Shown here piece after piece: positions 8,903 through 16,335 of a stretch of DNA of 24,000 nucleotides; the stretch's first letter is position 1; each line of letters begins with the position of its first letter. Origin of the DNA: Candidatus Woesearchaeota archaeon (GTDB lineage Archaea > Nanobdellota > Nanobdellia > Woesearchaeales > SKIA01). Under the pieces are notes generated by a model. That model had not been told where the DNA came from, searched no databases, and saw only the letters and a program-made list of their open reading frames with translations. The position numbers and the translations under genes are program-made. The stretch lies in contig SKIA01000001.1 in NCBI GenBank assembly GCA_007116645.1, positions 9,896-33,895 of the forward strand. The letters run 5' to 3'.

Positions 8903-11026
8903 TTATCGCCGCAGCTTGTTCACTAACGAAGCAAGCAAGTTCCAAGTTGGTTTGAGAACGCCATGATACACATGTACAATAATTGGTCGTACAACAGGCG
9001 CAACAATTATCCAGAGCTTTCGCAGTGGAGGCATCACTTTTGGTGCGAGCCGTTGCGTTATTTCAGCAACACGCACGCGTGCTGACAACAAGAACACGTT
9101 TGAGTCTTTGTTGATGTCATACCACGCACTTGATGTGTATAAGAGTGCTGCTCCAAGCAAAGGAACGATAAGGTACCATACAAGAATTGCGAGCAGGCTC
9201 GTTTCATCAGGAGTAAAGTCTGGGCGCTCTACTTGCGGTGTTTGCGGAGGTCTTCTTTGCGGCGGAGGAACGTTTGGGCGCTCAAACTCTACGACCTCTT
9301 CAACAAGATTAATATCTAATGAGCAGTCATTTACTGTGACAAGTTGATCCATTGGCATCATATCATCATGCTCGACAATAAAGCGATATCTTCCTGTGCG
9401 AGGAGGAGTAAAGGTTGCTTGTCCTTGCGCGTCTGAGGTGAGCGTTTGAATCTGTTGTCGTTGTTGTCCGAGCAATTCATACACTGTAATGCTTGCTCCC
9501 TGATACAGGTCGCAATAGGCTGCTCCTTGAAATGCTCTTCCTTCTAAAAAGCACGAGTAACGAGAAGACGCGTTGTAAACCTGCACTGTCGCTGTTTGGT
9601 TGACACAAAACCTGTCAGGAACCTCTAAGACTACGTACGCTCGTGTTTGTGCTTGGCGGCAGTCTTGCGGGCATGCAGTTGCGTTTTCTTGTGCTTGGCA
9701 TACGTTGTCACCGCAAAATCCGATGTCAAGAATGGCACTTTGCGAAGTAGTATGTTCTCCGTCGCTTGCGTAAAACGTGAAGTTAGTAATGCCGCGGTGA
9801 TCATCAAGAGCAGTGAAGTTTGCTCGTGCACGATACACCCCGGAAGTGTTTGAAGGTATAGACGTTATGCGAAACAAGCGAGGCTCAACCCAGTATGTCA
9901 TGTTTTCGTCAAGGTTTTGGTCAGTTACCGTGATGTCAAAGACGATTCGGTCGCCATAGTATCCTGACTGATCACTTACTGGTTGCATGACTGGCGGAAA
10001 GTTAAAAGAGCTAACAAATGCAGTGAGCGTTGCTTGGTCTGTGTCTTGTCCGTCGCTAACAGTGATGGTGATTGTGGTGTTTGGCACATCAGAGCCTAGT
10101 GGAGTCCACGTTACACGAGCAGAGGTTGAGGACAGAGAAGTTACTGTGCCTCGTGAGGAAGTGAAAGTGAGCGCGTCACCATCAGGATCTGTTGCTGTCA
10201 CAGTGAAGTTCATTGGTTGCCCTTCGGTTGCAAAGACGTTTGAGAGCACTGGCAAGACTGGGGGTTGATTTATCTGCACGATTTGTTGGGCGAGGGTTTC
10301 GTTTGACTGCGTGTTGTTGTTTTGTGCAAACACGTTCACGCTCAGCGTTTGTCCGCCGCGCGAAGCCCATCCGCCTGACGGAGTAGAAATATCGATGTAG
10401 TAGTAGTTTCCATCCAGTGTGAGATTTTGGTACGAGGAATACGCATCAGTTCCTATGCGATAGCGAGCTTGCGTTGCGGTAAGAGGCAAGGTGTCTTGTA
10501 TTGAGAGGTGGTATCGATACGTTCCTGTGGTGTCCGTGTTTAGTGCAGCGTTCTGACTGGAAGCTGTTGCAATGATAGGGCCTTGTTCTGTGTACGTAAG
10601 GGTAAGCGCATCTATTGTAGGAGTTGCTTGATTGTTTGTAGTTGCGAGTTGGAGCCGATACTGGTAGTAGCGCCGCATAGGAGAGGAAAGCAAGCTCCCT
10701 GAAGGGTTTGCGTACGCAGTACTCCATGAACTCCACGTGCCGTCAGGAGTAGGAGTATTTCCGCTTCTTGTGGTGACGATAAGACTTGTTTGAGCAGGAA
10801 TGCTTGCCACCCAACTAATAGTTGCAGTCGGGTTTGATCCAAGGTCTTTAATGCTGCTCAGATACGTTCCTGATAGCGAGTAGTTACCTGCTGTTTGCGC
10901 GAGGAGAAGTTGATTTGAGACGTTTTGTGTATCTTGATGTGTTCCTTGAGCAAAGTCTGTGTTGAGTTGGTCAATGATGCTTGGCGCAAGCAAAATCAAT
11001 GTGAGGAGAATAAGGAGTCGCTTCAT
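8903..11026 (-). CDS. Large secreted/cell-surface protein with Ig/cadherin-like repeats and C-terminal TM anchor
   Basis: 707 aa. N-terminal hydrophobic signal, repeat segments 'QPPVLPVLSNVFATEGQPMNFTVTATDPDGDALTF' and 'PPVMQPVSDQSGYYGDRIVFDITVTDQNLDENMTY', Cys-rich 'CGDNVCQAQENATACPQDC', Pro-rich linker, then TM 'LLAILVWYLIVPLLGAALLY'. Many N-x-S/T sites. Confidence 0.85.
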   Translation of the reverse strand: MKRLLILLTLILLAPSIIDQLNTDFAQGTHQDTQNVSNQLLLAQTAGNYSLSGTYLSSIKDLGSNPTATISWVASIPAQTSLIVTTRSGNTPTPDGTWSSWSTAYANPSGSLLSSPMRRYYQYRLQLATTNNQATPTIDALTLTYTEQGPIIATASSQNAALNTDTTGTYRYHLSIQDTLPLTATQARYRIGTDAYSSYQNLTLDGNYYYIDISTPSGGWASRGGQTLSVNVFAQNNNTQSNETLAQQIVQINQPPVLPVLSNVFATEGQPMNFTVTATDPDGDALTFTSSRGTVTSLSSTSARVTWTPLGSDVPNTTITITVSDGQDTDQATLTAFVSSFNFPPVMQPVSDQSGYYGDRIVFDITVTDQNLDENMTYWVEPRLFRITSIPSNTSGVYRARANFTALDDHRGITNFTFYASDGEHTTSQSAILDIGFCGDNVCQAQENATACPQDCRQAQTRAYVVLEVPDRFCVNQTATVQVYNASSRYSCFLEGRAFQGAAYCDLYQGASITVYELLGQQRQQIQTLTSDAQGQATFTPPRTGRYRFIVEHDDMMPMDQLVTVNDCSLDINLVEEVVEFERPNVPPPQRRPPQTPQVERPDFTPDETSLLAILVWYLIVPLLGAALLYTSSAWYDINKDSNVFLLSARVRVAEITQRLAPKVMPPLRKLWIIVAPVVRPIIVHVYHGVLKPTWNLLASLVNKLRR

Positions 11027-11298
11027 AGTTTCGTAAGCCCTCCAGTTTTTTCATAGTCTTTAATGGTTTGTTTGAGTGCTTCAGGAGATACTCCCAGCCG
11101 CTCTGCATATCGCGCGAGCTCGTCAATTGCAGTGTTTATTGGCTGCGGATCCACTTGTTTGAGTAGTATTCCTTCTCCAGGAATAATGTATGCGTAAAAT
11201 CCAGTGGTTTCGTCAATACCGAGTTCTTGCCTGACATCTTTGGGGATGACAATCTGTCCACGTTTGTCTGCTTGGAGAAGTTTTGGATATTTTTTCAT
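11023..11298 (-). CDS. AbrB/SpoVT-type transcriptional regulator
   Basis: 91 aa: 'KLLQADKRGQIVIPKDVRQELGIDETTGFYAYI' is a swapped-hairpin AbrB/SpoVT domain. The stop overlaps the start of the surface protein gene, suggesting coupling. Confidence 0.88.
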   Translation of the reverse strand: MKKYPKLLQADKRGQIVIPKDVRQELGIDETTGFYAYIIPGEGILLKQVDPQPINTAIDELARYAERLGVSPEALKQTIKDYEKTGGLTKL

Positions 11299-11339
11299 TT
11301 CATCGAGGGTGGGAGCTGGGGGTAAGCCCCCACGTTCTC

Positions 11340-11392
11340 TCTGAAAATCAGACGAAGTTGCTTTTTTTCAGTCACTATGTCTGAAAATCAGA
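11340..11392. promoter_or_regulatory. Tandem palindromic operator-like sites upstream of the AbrB-like gene
   Basis: Two exact copies of 'tctgaaaatcaga' (TCTGA-NNN-TCAGA) at 11340-11352 and 11380-11392, start-to-start spacing 40 bp. Confidence 0.5.
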
Positions 11393-11436
11393 ATAGAAGT
11401 TTATCAATACGTATGGAAAATAATTCTGTTGCTGAC

Positions 11437-11952
11437 TTACGCTGCTTGCAAAGAACGACTTGGACGATACGATACCCGAGTCGAGCGAGTTTCATAGTCA
11501 GGAATGAGAACACCCACACTACACGTACCCGTACGCACAAAACGCACTCCAGGAACGCCTCTTGCACCCGCAAGCGCACGAGAGATCGATTCATCAGCAC
11601 GAGTAGGGGAGCGAAAATCATACTCTACCAAGCTCGCAAAGGGAATGCGCAGGCAATCAGAAGACAGCCAAGGGTGATCAGGCTCAGAGTCAGCATACAT
11701 CGACAAATCATCCATTACAGAGTGCCAATTAGGCATGGCCTGAGATGTGCGCAGCGAATCACGAGCGTATGGAAAAAACACTTCTGCAATGCGTGCAGGG
11801 TCCTGATACGTCGTCTTTGTTTTTTGCGTGCCATCCGGCAACACACCATCTGGAACGACTACTTTAAGCTGTTCTTCAAGCGTAAAACCTGTAGGATGAA
11901 AGGTGATGATGCGCCGCGATCTGCGCACATCAAGAATTGCTTCCACTCCCAT
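11437..11952 (-). CDS. Hypothetical protein
   Basis: 171-aa ORF. TATA-like 'cttaaatac' on the minus strand lies just upstream (around 11975-11983). Confidence 0.6.
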   Translation of the reverse strand: MGVEAILDVRRSRRIITFHPTGFTLEEQLKVVVPDGVLPDGTQKTKTTYQDPARIAEVFFPYARDSLRTSQAMPNWHSVMDDLSMYADSEPDHPWLSSDCLRIPFASLVEYDFRSPTRADESISRALAGARGVPGVRFVRTGTCSVGVLIPDYETRSTRVSYRPSRSLQAA

Positions 11953-12010
11953 ACAGTGATTGCGAAAGAGCAGTATTTAAGCATTATTAGTGTGGGGAAC
12001 ACACACTATG

Positions 12011-12020
12011 TTTTTATAGC
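12011..12020 (+). promoter_or_regulatory. TATA-like element for tRNA-Arg
   Basis: 'tttttatagc' 24-33 nt upstream of the tRNA 5' end at 12044. Confidence 0.5.
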
Positions 12021-12043
12021 AAAGAACATCCCAAAAGTACATC

Positions 12044-12118
12044 GGTCCCGTAGCTCAGCCTGGATAGAGCGCTGGCCTTCTAAGCCAGATGCCGAGGGTT
12101 CAAATCCCTCCGGGATCA
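12044..12118 (+). tRNA. tRNA-Arg (anticodon TCT)
   Basis: Acceptor GGTCCCG/CGGGATC (one G-U pair), anticodon arm CTGGC-CTTCTAA-GCCAG, T arm GAGGG-TTCAAAT-CCCTC, discriminator A. Confidence 0.96.
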
Positions 12119-12120
12119 CT

Positions 12121-12519
12121 ATGACCCCTGATCGCGTCGGAGCAGTAATCATCCAAGAAGGAAAAGTACTGCTTGTCACAGGATACGACATGGACTTATA
12201 CTGGACCCCGGGAGGACGTATTGAAGAAGGAGAAGACCACGAAACAACACTTCGTCGAGAACTCCAAGAAGAGCTCGGACTAGAGCTTGAGCGTATGACG
12301 CCCTTTGTCACATACAAAGCCGCTCGAACGACAACAGGAGAGATGCGCACTGTATACATCTATTTTGCAGACGTTACAGGTGAGCCCGTGCCCGCAGAAG
12401 AGATCAAAGCATTTGTATGGTATGGACAAGCAGAGTATGAACAAAAAAATCCTCCTGTAAAAGAACATACGTACAAACGAGTTATCAGACATCTTGCAGA
12501 ACACGGTTTTTTGCACTAG
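12121..12519 (+). CDS. NUDIX hydrolase
   Basis: In-frame part of the 11377..12519 ORF starting at ATG 12121. Nudix box 'GGRIEEGEDHETTLRRELQEELGL' matches Gx5Ex7REUxEExGU. Confidence 0.93.
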   Translation: MTPDRVGAVIIQEGKVLLVTGYDMDLYWTPGGRIEEGEDHETTLRRELQEELGLELERMTPFVTYKAARTTTGEMRTVYIYFADVTGEPVPAEEIKAFVWYGQAEYEQKNPPVKEHTYKRVIRHLAEHGFLH

Positions 12520-12573
12520 CACTGGACATGTGCGCGCGTAACGCACCTAAATACCTAAAACAATTTTACTGGT

Positions 12574-12681
12574 ATGAACGGAAAATGCTCAAACTGTACC
12601 AAAACGATATGCGTCACTTGTGCTGAAGAATATGCTCTTTATGCTGGAGTTCCCTATTGCGTGGGGTGTGTGTCGCTGTAA
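12574..12681 (+). CDS. Zinc-ribbon-like Cys-rich microprotein (35 aa), not in supplied track
   Basis: ATG 12574 to TAA 12681: MNGKCSNCTKTICVTCAEEYALYAGVPYCVGCVSL*, with three CxxC motifs. Confidence 0.5.
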   Translation: MNGKCSNCTKTICVTCAEEYALYAGVPYCVGCVSL

Positions 12682-12690
12682 GACAAAACC

Positions 12691-12700
12691 CATATAAACG
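12691..12700 (+). promoter_or_regulatory. TATA-like element for tRNA-Cys
   Basis: 'catataaacg' 24-33 nt upstream of the tRNA 5' end at 12724, the same spacing as at tRNA-Arg. Confidence 0.5.
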
Positions 12701-12723
12701 CAGGGCCTGTCCTTTGACTACAA

Positions 12724-12795
12724 GCGTCCGTAGCCAAGCGGTAAGGCAACCGCCTGCAGAGCGGTCATTCCCCGGTTCGAATCCGGGCGGGCGCT
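12724..12795 (+). tRNA. tRNA-Cys (anticodon GCA)
   Basis: Acceptor GCGTCCG/CGGGCGC, anticodon arm ACCGC-CTGCAGA-GCGGT, T arm CCCGG-TTCGAAT-CCGGG, discriminator U (T 12795), typical for tRNA-Cys. Confidence 0.96.
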
Positions 12796-12870
12796 TTTTT
12801 GAGCGACAGCGAAAAAAGCGAATGCAGGGTCAAAGAACTACGTTCTTTGCTAACCGGGCGGGCGCTTTTT
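12783..12870 (+). repeat. Direct repeat of tRNA-Cys 3' end (17 bp, two copies)
   Basis: 'ccgggcgggcgcttttt' at 12783-12799 and again at 12854-12870. Confidence 0.9.
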
Positions 12871-12956
12871 AGCTATGCCCGTATCCGAAGCGCGGCAAAG
12901 CAAAGGTTCTTGCGAGTTGAGAAAGAATTAAGAATGCTCACACCCGTAAACACTGT

Positions 12957-13337
12957 ATGAACGCTCTGAACATCTTTCTTGCAGCAGGAGCTGCGTACGT
13001 GCTTGGAGGACTCTGGTATTCCCCATTTATGTTTGGAAAGCGCTGGATGCGCCTTTCTAAAAAGAAAGAAAAAGACTTGAAAATGACCCCGGCAATCGTC
13101 GCCTTAGGACTTGTGGGGACGCTCATGACCGCATTTGTCTTTTCTTGGCTTATCACGCAAACAAGCGTGCAAGGAACGCTTGGAGGAATGTTTTTTGGCG
13201 TCATGCTCTGGGCAGGATTCTTGTTGCCATTTGCAGCAAATGCTGTTTTGTATAAAACCACAAGCCCACAACTCTTCTTAATTGACAGCCTCTACCCGCT
13301 CGCAGGACTCATTCTGATGGGAGCAATTCTCACATAA
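12957..13337 (+). CDS. DUF1761-like membrane protein
   Basis: 126 aa: 'VLGGLWYSPFMFGKRWMRL' and four hydrophobic segments. Confidence 0.7.
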   Translation: MNALNIFLAAGAAYVLGGLWYSPFMFGKRWMRLSKKKEKDLKMTPAIVALGLVGTLMTAFVFSWLITQTSVQGTLGGMFFGVMLWAGFLLPFAANAVLYKTTSPQLFLIDSLYPLAGLILMGAILT

Positions 13338-13368
13338 ACAATATATACTCGCCATATATACCAAAGTA

Positions 13369-13677
13369 ATGGCAAAAGTCATGGAAGAGTTCAGTGAATT
13401 CTTGCACGAGTACAAAGTTATCCCGCTCGCAATAGCGTTTATCATGGGTGTAGCGATTACGACGCTTGTTCAAAGCCTCGTAAACAACATCATCATGCCC
13501 ACAGTAACGCCGTTTGTTCCAGGGGGAGCGTGGGAAACCGCAACCCTCACACTCGGACCAATTGTATGGTCGTGGGGAGCATTTGTGGGAGCCATCATTA
13601 ACTTTGTCATCATAGCACTCGTCGTGTTTATGATTGCAAAACACTTTCTCAAAGAAAAAAAAGTAACCAAGAAGTAA
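13369..13677 (+). CDS. mscL: Large-conductance mechanosensitive channel MscL
   Basis: 102 aa. 'EFSEFLHEYKVIPLAIAFIMGVAITTLVQSLVNNIIMPTVTPF' is the MscL TM1, and 'GAFVGAIINFVIIALVVFMIAK' is TM2. Confidence 0.93.
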   Translation: MAKVMEEFSEFLHEYKVIPLAIAFIMGVAITTLVQSLVNNIIMPTVTPFVPGGAWETATLTLGPIVWSWGAFVGAIINFVIIALVVFMIAKHFLKEKKVTKK

Positions 13678-13694
13678 ACACTTCACCCTTTCTT

Positions 13695-14081
13695 TTATTT
13701 TTTATTGCACAACGCAAAGGCGTTGTCAGAGTCATGATTAAAATACACTCTTGACAGCATAAACGAACCGTCATCGCGCATGTCTCCACGCAAAGAAACA
13801 ACGTCTTGACCTAAACGCAAACGATCTTCTAGACTTTGCAATGACGCTGCCGAATCACCATGAAGAATCTTGTCAGGAGAAGCAGAAAAAGAATACTGCA
13901 CATTGCTTGGAACAGTGACTTGAACATACAACGAGTCATCTGATAAGTATAGCTCAGAAATAAAATTTGCGTGAGCATTCACACCCCAGTCAGAAGTTGG
14001 ACACTCCAACTCCGCGGGGCTTTGATGAGAATAACCCATCAGTGCAATAAGGCCTGCTCCTCCAAGCAATAACTTCCTCAT
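13695..14081 (-). CDS. Small putative secreted/periplasm-side protein, unknown
   Basis: 128 aa with an N-terminal signal-like 'MRKLLLGGAGLIALMGYSHQSPA'. Confidence 0.55.
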   Translation of the reverse strand: MRKLLLGGAGLIALMGYSHQSPAELECPTSDWGVNAHANFISELYLSDDSLYVQVTVPSNVQYSFSASPDKILHGDSAASLQSLEDRLRLGQDVVSLRGDMRDDGSFMLSRVYFNHDSDNAFALCNKK

Positions 14082-14113
14082 AAAAAAAAGAAGTGAAGAA
14101 GACTTTATGAGTC

Positions 14114-14968
14114 TTACGCGAGAGCTATCTTATTTTTCTTTAGAGCAGCAGTTAGAGCAGACAAATATTCAGACACGATATCATCGCGCCGACCAATCTC
14201 TAACAACCAGATACGCACAGAAATTGTCATTCGAGCAGCAGTTACATCAGTCACCAACACTCTAGGAGCAAACCTTGACAAATCACGCTCGCCCTCAAAA
14301 AACTGTTTTGAAGCCTTGATAATGCTTGCAAACGCAGATCGCTCACTGCGAGAAATACTTGGTAAAATACGCTGGTTTTTGCTTGCGACCTCGCGCACCA
14401 CGTCACGAATTGTCTGCAAGTCAGAACCCACGGCCACGTTCAACGATAACGCCGTCTCAATAAATCCGCTTTTAGAGTAGTTGTGCACCATCTGCGTTAG
14501 TAGTTGAGTATTAGGAAGGTAAATGAGACGACCATTTTGGTGTCGTAAGACAGTGTGCATAAGGCGCATGTCCTTAACCCTACAAATCCCTGAAGCACCC
14601 ACTTCAACCCAATCTTCAGGCTGAACAGAGCGATTAACAGAGACAATAACGCCCCCAATCATATTCTGGAGAACTTGTTGAGACGAGAAAGCAATCGCAA
14701 TACTCAAAATACCAAGTGATGCAGCAAGAGCTGAAAAATCAAGATCCAAAATGCGATACACAGCAATTGTTAGTCCAGAGAAGAAAAAAATGTACTGGAA
14801 TAAACGAGAAAGACGCTTTGATATCGCACCTGACACGCGCGGATCAAGAAATCTTCGAAGAAGCAAGTACAAAGTATTGCCGGCGATAAAGGTAATGGCA
14901 ACAACAAGGATGAAAATAAGAAACGTTTCAAGCGTTGTGCGCCCAAACAAGATAGTGTCTGCAACCAT
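14114..14968 (-). CDS. Small-conductance mechanosensitive channel MscS family
   Basis: 284 aa: TM region followed by 'LGILSIAIAFSSQQVLQNMIGGVIVSVNRSVQPEDWVEVGASGICRVKDMRLMHTVLRHQNGRLIYLPNTQLL', the MscS TM3/beta domain. Confidence 0.93.
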   Translation of the reverse strand: MVADTILFGRTTLETFLIFILVVAITFIAGNTLYLLLRRFLDPRVSGAISKRLSRLFQYIFFFSGLTIAVYRILDLDFSALAASLGILSIAIAFSSQQVLQNMIGGVIVSVNRSVQPEDWVEVGASGICRVKDMRLMHTVLRHQNGRLIYLPNTQLLTQMVHNYSKSGFIETALSLNVAVGSDLQTIRDVVREVASKNQRILPSISRSERSAFASIIKASKQFFEGERDLSRFAPRVLVTDVTAARMTISVRIWLLEIGRRDDIVSEYLSALTAALKKNKIALA

Positions 14969-15023
14969 ACAAGAAAGAAAGCAAAGACAACTTTAAAAAG
15001 TAATGTTGCCAGAGGAGATTATG

Positions 15024-15458
15024 TTCGGATTTCTTAAAGGAAAAATCACTGTTCAGCTACAAGGACACGAATACCGTCCTGGAGACACTATCACTGGAAA
15101 CGCACTGCTTAAACTCAAAAAGCCGCGTTCAGGACAACTCCACGTAAAGCTATACGCGCAAGACCACGTACGGTCAAGACGCGGAGGAAATAACAACCGA
15201 GAAGTGCGAACAGCGTACGAATTTTCGCAGCCCATCAGCGAAGAAAAAGAATTTACGGCACAAGAAATCACAGTTCCCATATCAATTACCATCCCCACGG
15301 ATGTTCATTCAGGAAAACTAGATGGTGGACTTGGCGCAGTCGTGCAAACAGCACAGCTGCTCACGCAAACGTCTTCTCAGAGAAAATGGTTTGTTCAGGT
15401 ACGATTCAAAACCAGTGGATTTGACATCACCAAGAAAACACAAATCAACGTAATATAA
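15024..15458 (+). CDS. Arrestin/Spo0M-like beta-sandwich protein
   Basis: ORF 15003..15458 (start uncertain; M at about 15024 gives 'MFGFLKGKITVQLQGHEYRPGDTITGNALLKL'). 'YRPGDTITGNALLKLKKP...HVKL' and 'ITVPISITIP' are arrestin-N/Spo0M-like. Confidence 0.6.
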   Translation, partial: FGFLKGKITVQLQGHEYRPGDTITGNALLKLKKPRSGQLHVKLYAQDHVRSRRGGNNNREVRTAYEFSQPISEEKEFTAQEITVPISITIPTDVHSGKLDGGLGAVVQTAQLLTQTSSQRKWFVQVRFKTSGFDITKKTQINVI

Positions 15459-16335
15459 CGTCCCCGGTGAGATTTATTTTTCATCAATAACCCACTGGAC
15501 ATCCACGCAAAAAACCCTTTTAAGTCACAGAAGCGTGGCCCCACTATGACTCTGCATCCAAGAGCGATTAGTGAGATCCAACAAGAGTACAAAAAAACAC
15601 AGTCGATACGTGCAGTTCACAGACAGCTAGGACACTCTCTGAGTACGATTCACAAGTATGTAAGGCAGAAATTTCCAAATACCACCCCTCAACAAAGGAT
15701 TACAGCTGTAAAAACAAAAAGCGAACTACTAACAGGAATCTACGTAGGGCTGTGGATGGGCGATGGAACCCAGTATACAGACAATGGAGCATACACAACC
15801 AAAATTTGTTCAAGTAAGACAAATATCGAACTAAACCAGTTTGTACAAAAACTCATAAAAACTCTTTTTGGGAAAAAAACCCACACAAATGTCCATCCGA
15901 AAAAGAACGACCTATATATACGGATGTATTCAAAATTCATCTACAACTACATTTACGCCTTTGTAGCAGTCCAGGAAAGTAAAACTCACACGGTGCAGCT
16001 AAAACAACACATTAGTAATTACTCAGAAAAATTCCTTCGGGGAGTGCTCCTGGGTCTGACGTTGAGTGACGGCTACGTCAAAAAAACACTCGTATTTAGG
16101 TCAACATCACACCAGCTTGCACTGAATTTTGCCAGTATACTAGAAAAGTACGGTTTCACACCAACCATAAGAAAAAAAGTACGAAAACAACCTAACTGGA
16201 ACGATATCACCACGGTACGACTAGGAATTTACGATACTAAAAACATAATTAGTTTGCTTAACAAAACAATACTAGAAACAGGCATATCAAAAATGAGCGT
16301 ACAGCAGCTCAAATATGCGTAAAAAACGTCCCCGC
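15457..16335. repeat. Short direct repeat 'aacgtccccg' flanking the LAGLIDADG gene
   Basis: Copies at 15457-15466 and 16326-16335. The second copy is the 3' acceptor end and discriminator of tRNA-Asn. Confidence 0.75.
15546..16322 (+). CDS. LAGLIDADG homing endonuclease-like protein with N-terminal HTH-like region, free-standing
   Basis: 258 aa with two LAGLIDADG-type motifs, 'LLTGIYVGLWMGDGT' and 'FLRGVLLGLTLSDGY'. The N-terminus 'RAVHRQLGHSLSTIHKYVRQK' resembles a helix-turn-helix. Confidence 0.82.
   Translation: MTLHPRAISEIQQEYKKTQSIRAVHRQLGHSLSTIHKYVRQKFPNTTPQQRITAVKTKSELLTGIYVGLWMGDGTQYTDNGAYTTKICSSKTNIELNQFVQKLIKTLFGKKTHTNVHPKKNDLYIRMYSKFIYNYIYAFVAVQESKTHTVQLKQHISNYSEKFLRGVLLGLTLSDGYVKKTLVFRSTSHQLALNFASILEKYGFTPTIRKKVRKQPNWNDITTVRLGIYDTKNIISLLNKTILETGISKMSVQQLKYA

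Noticed and set aside
10612-10842. Antisense ORFs over the surface protein gene (9108-9347, 9647-9853, 9987-10268, 10612-10842)
   Set aside because: Shadow ORFs on the opposite strand of a well-supported long coding gene.
11377-12519. 380-aa ORF on + strand from the track
   Set aside because: The N-terminal two-thirds runs antisense to the 11437..11952 ORF and reads through tRNA-Arg; only the NUDIX part from ATG 12121 is credible.
12657-12872. 71-aa + ORF
   Set aside because: Reads straight through tRNA-Cys and the 3' repeat; composition is Arg/Pro-rich and noise-like.
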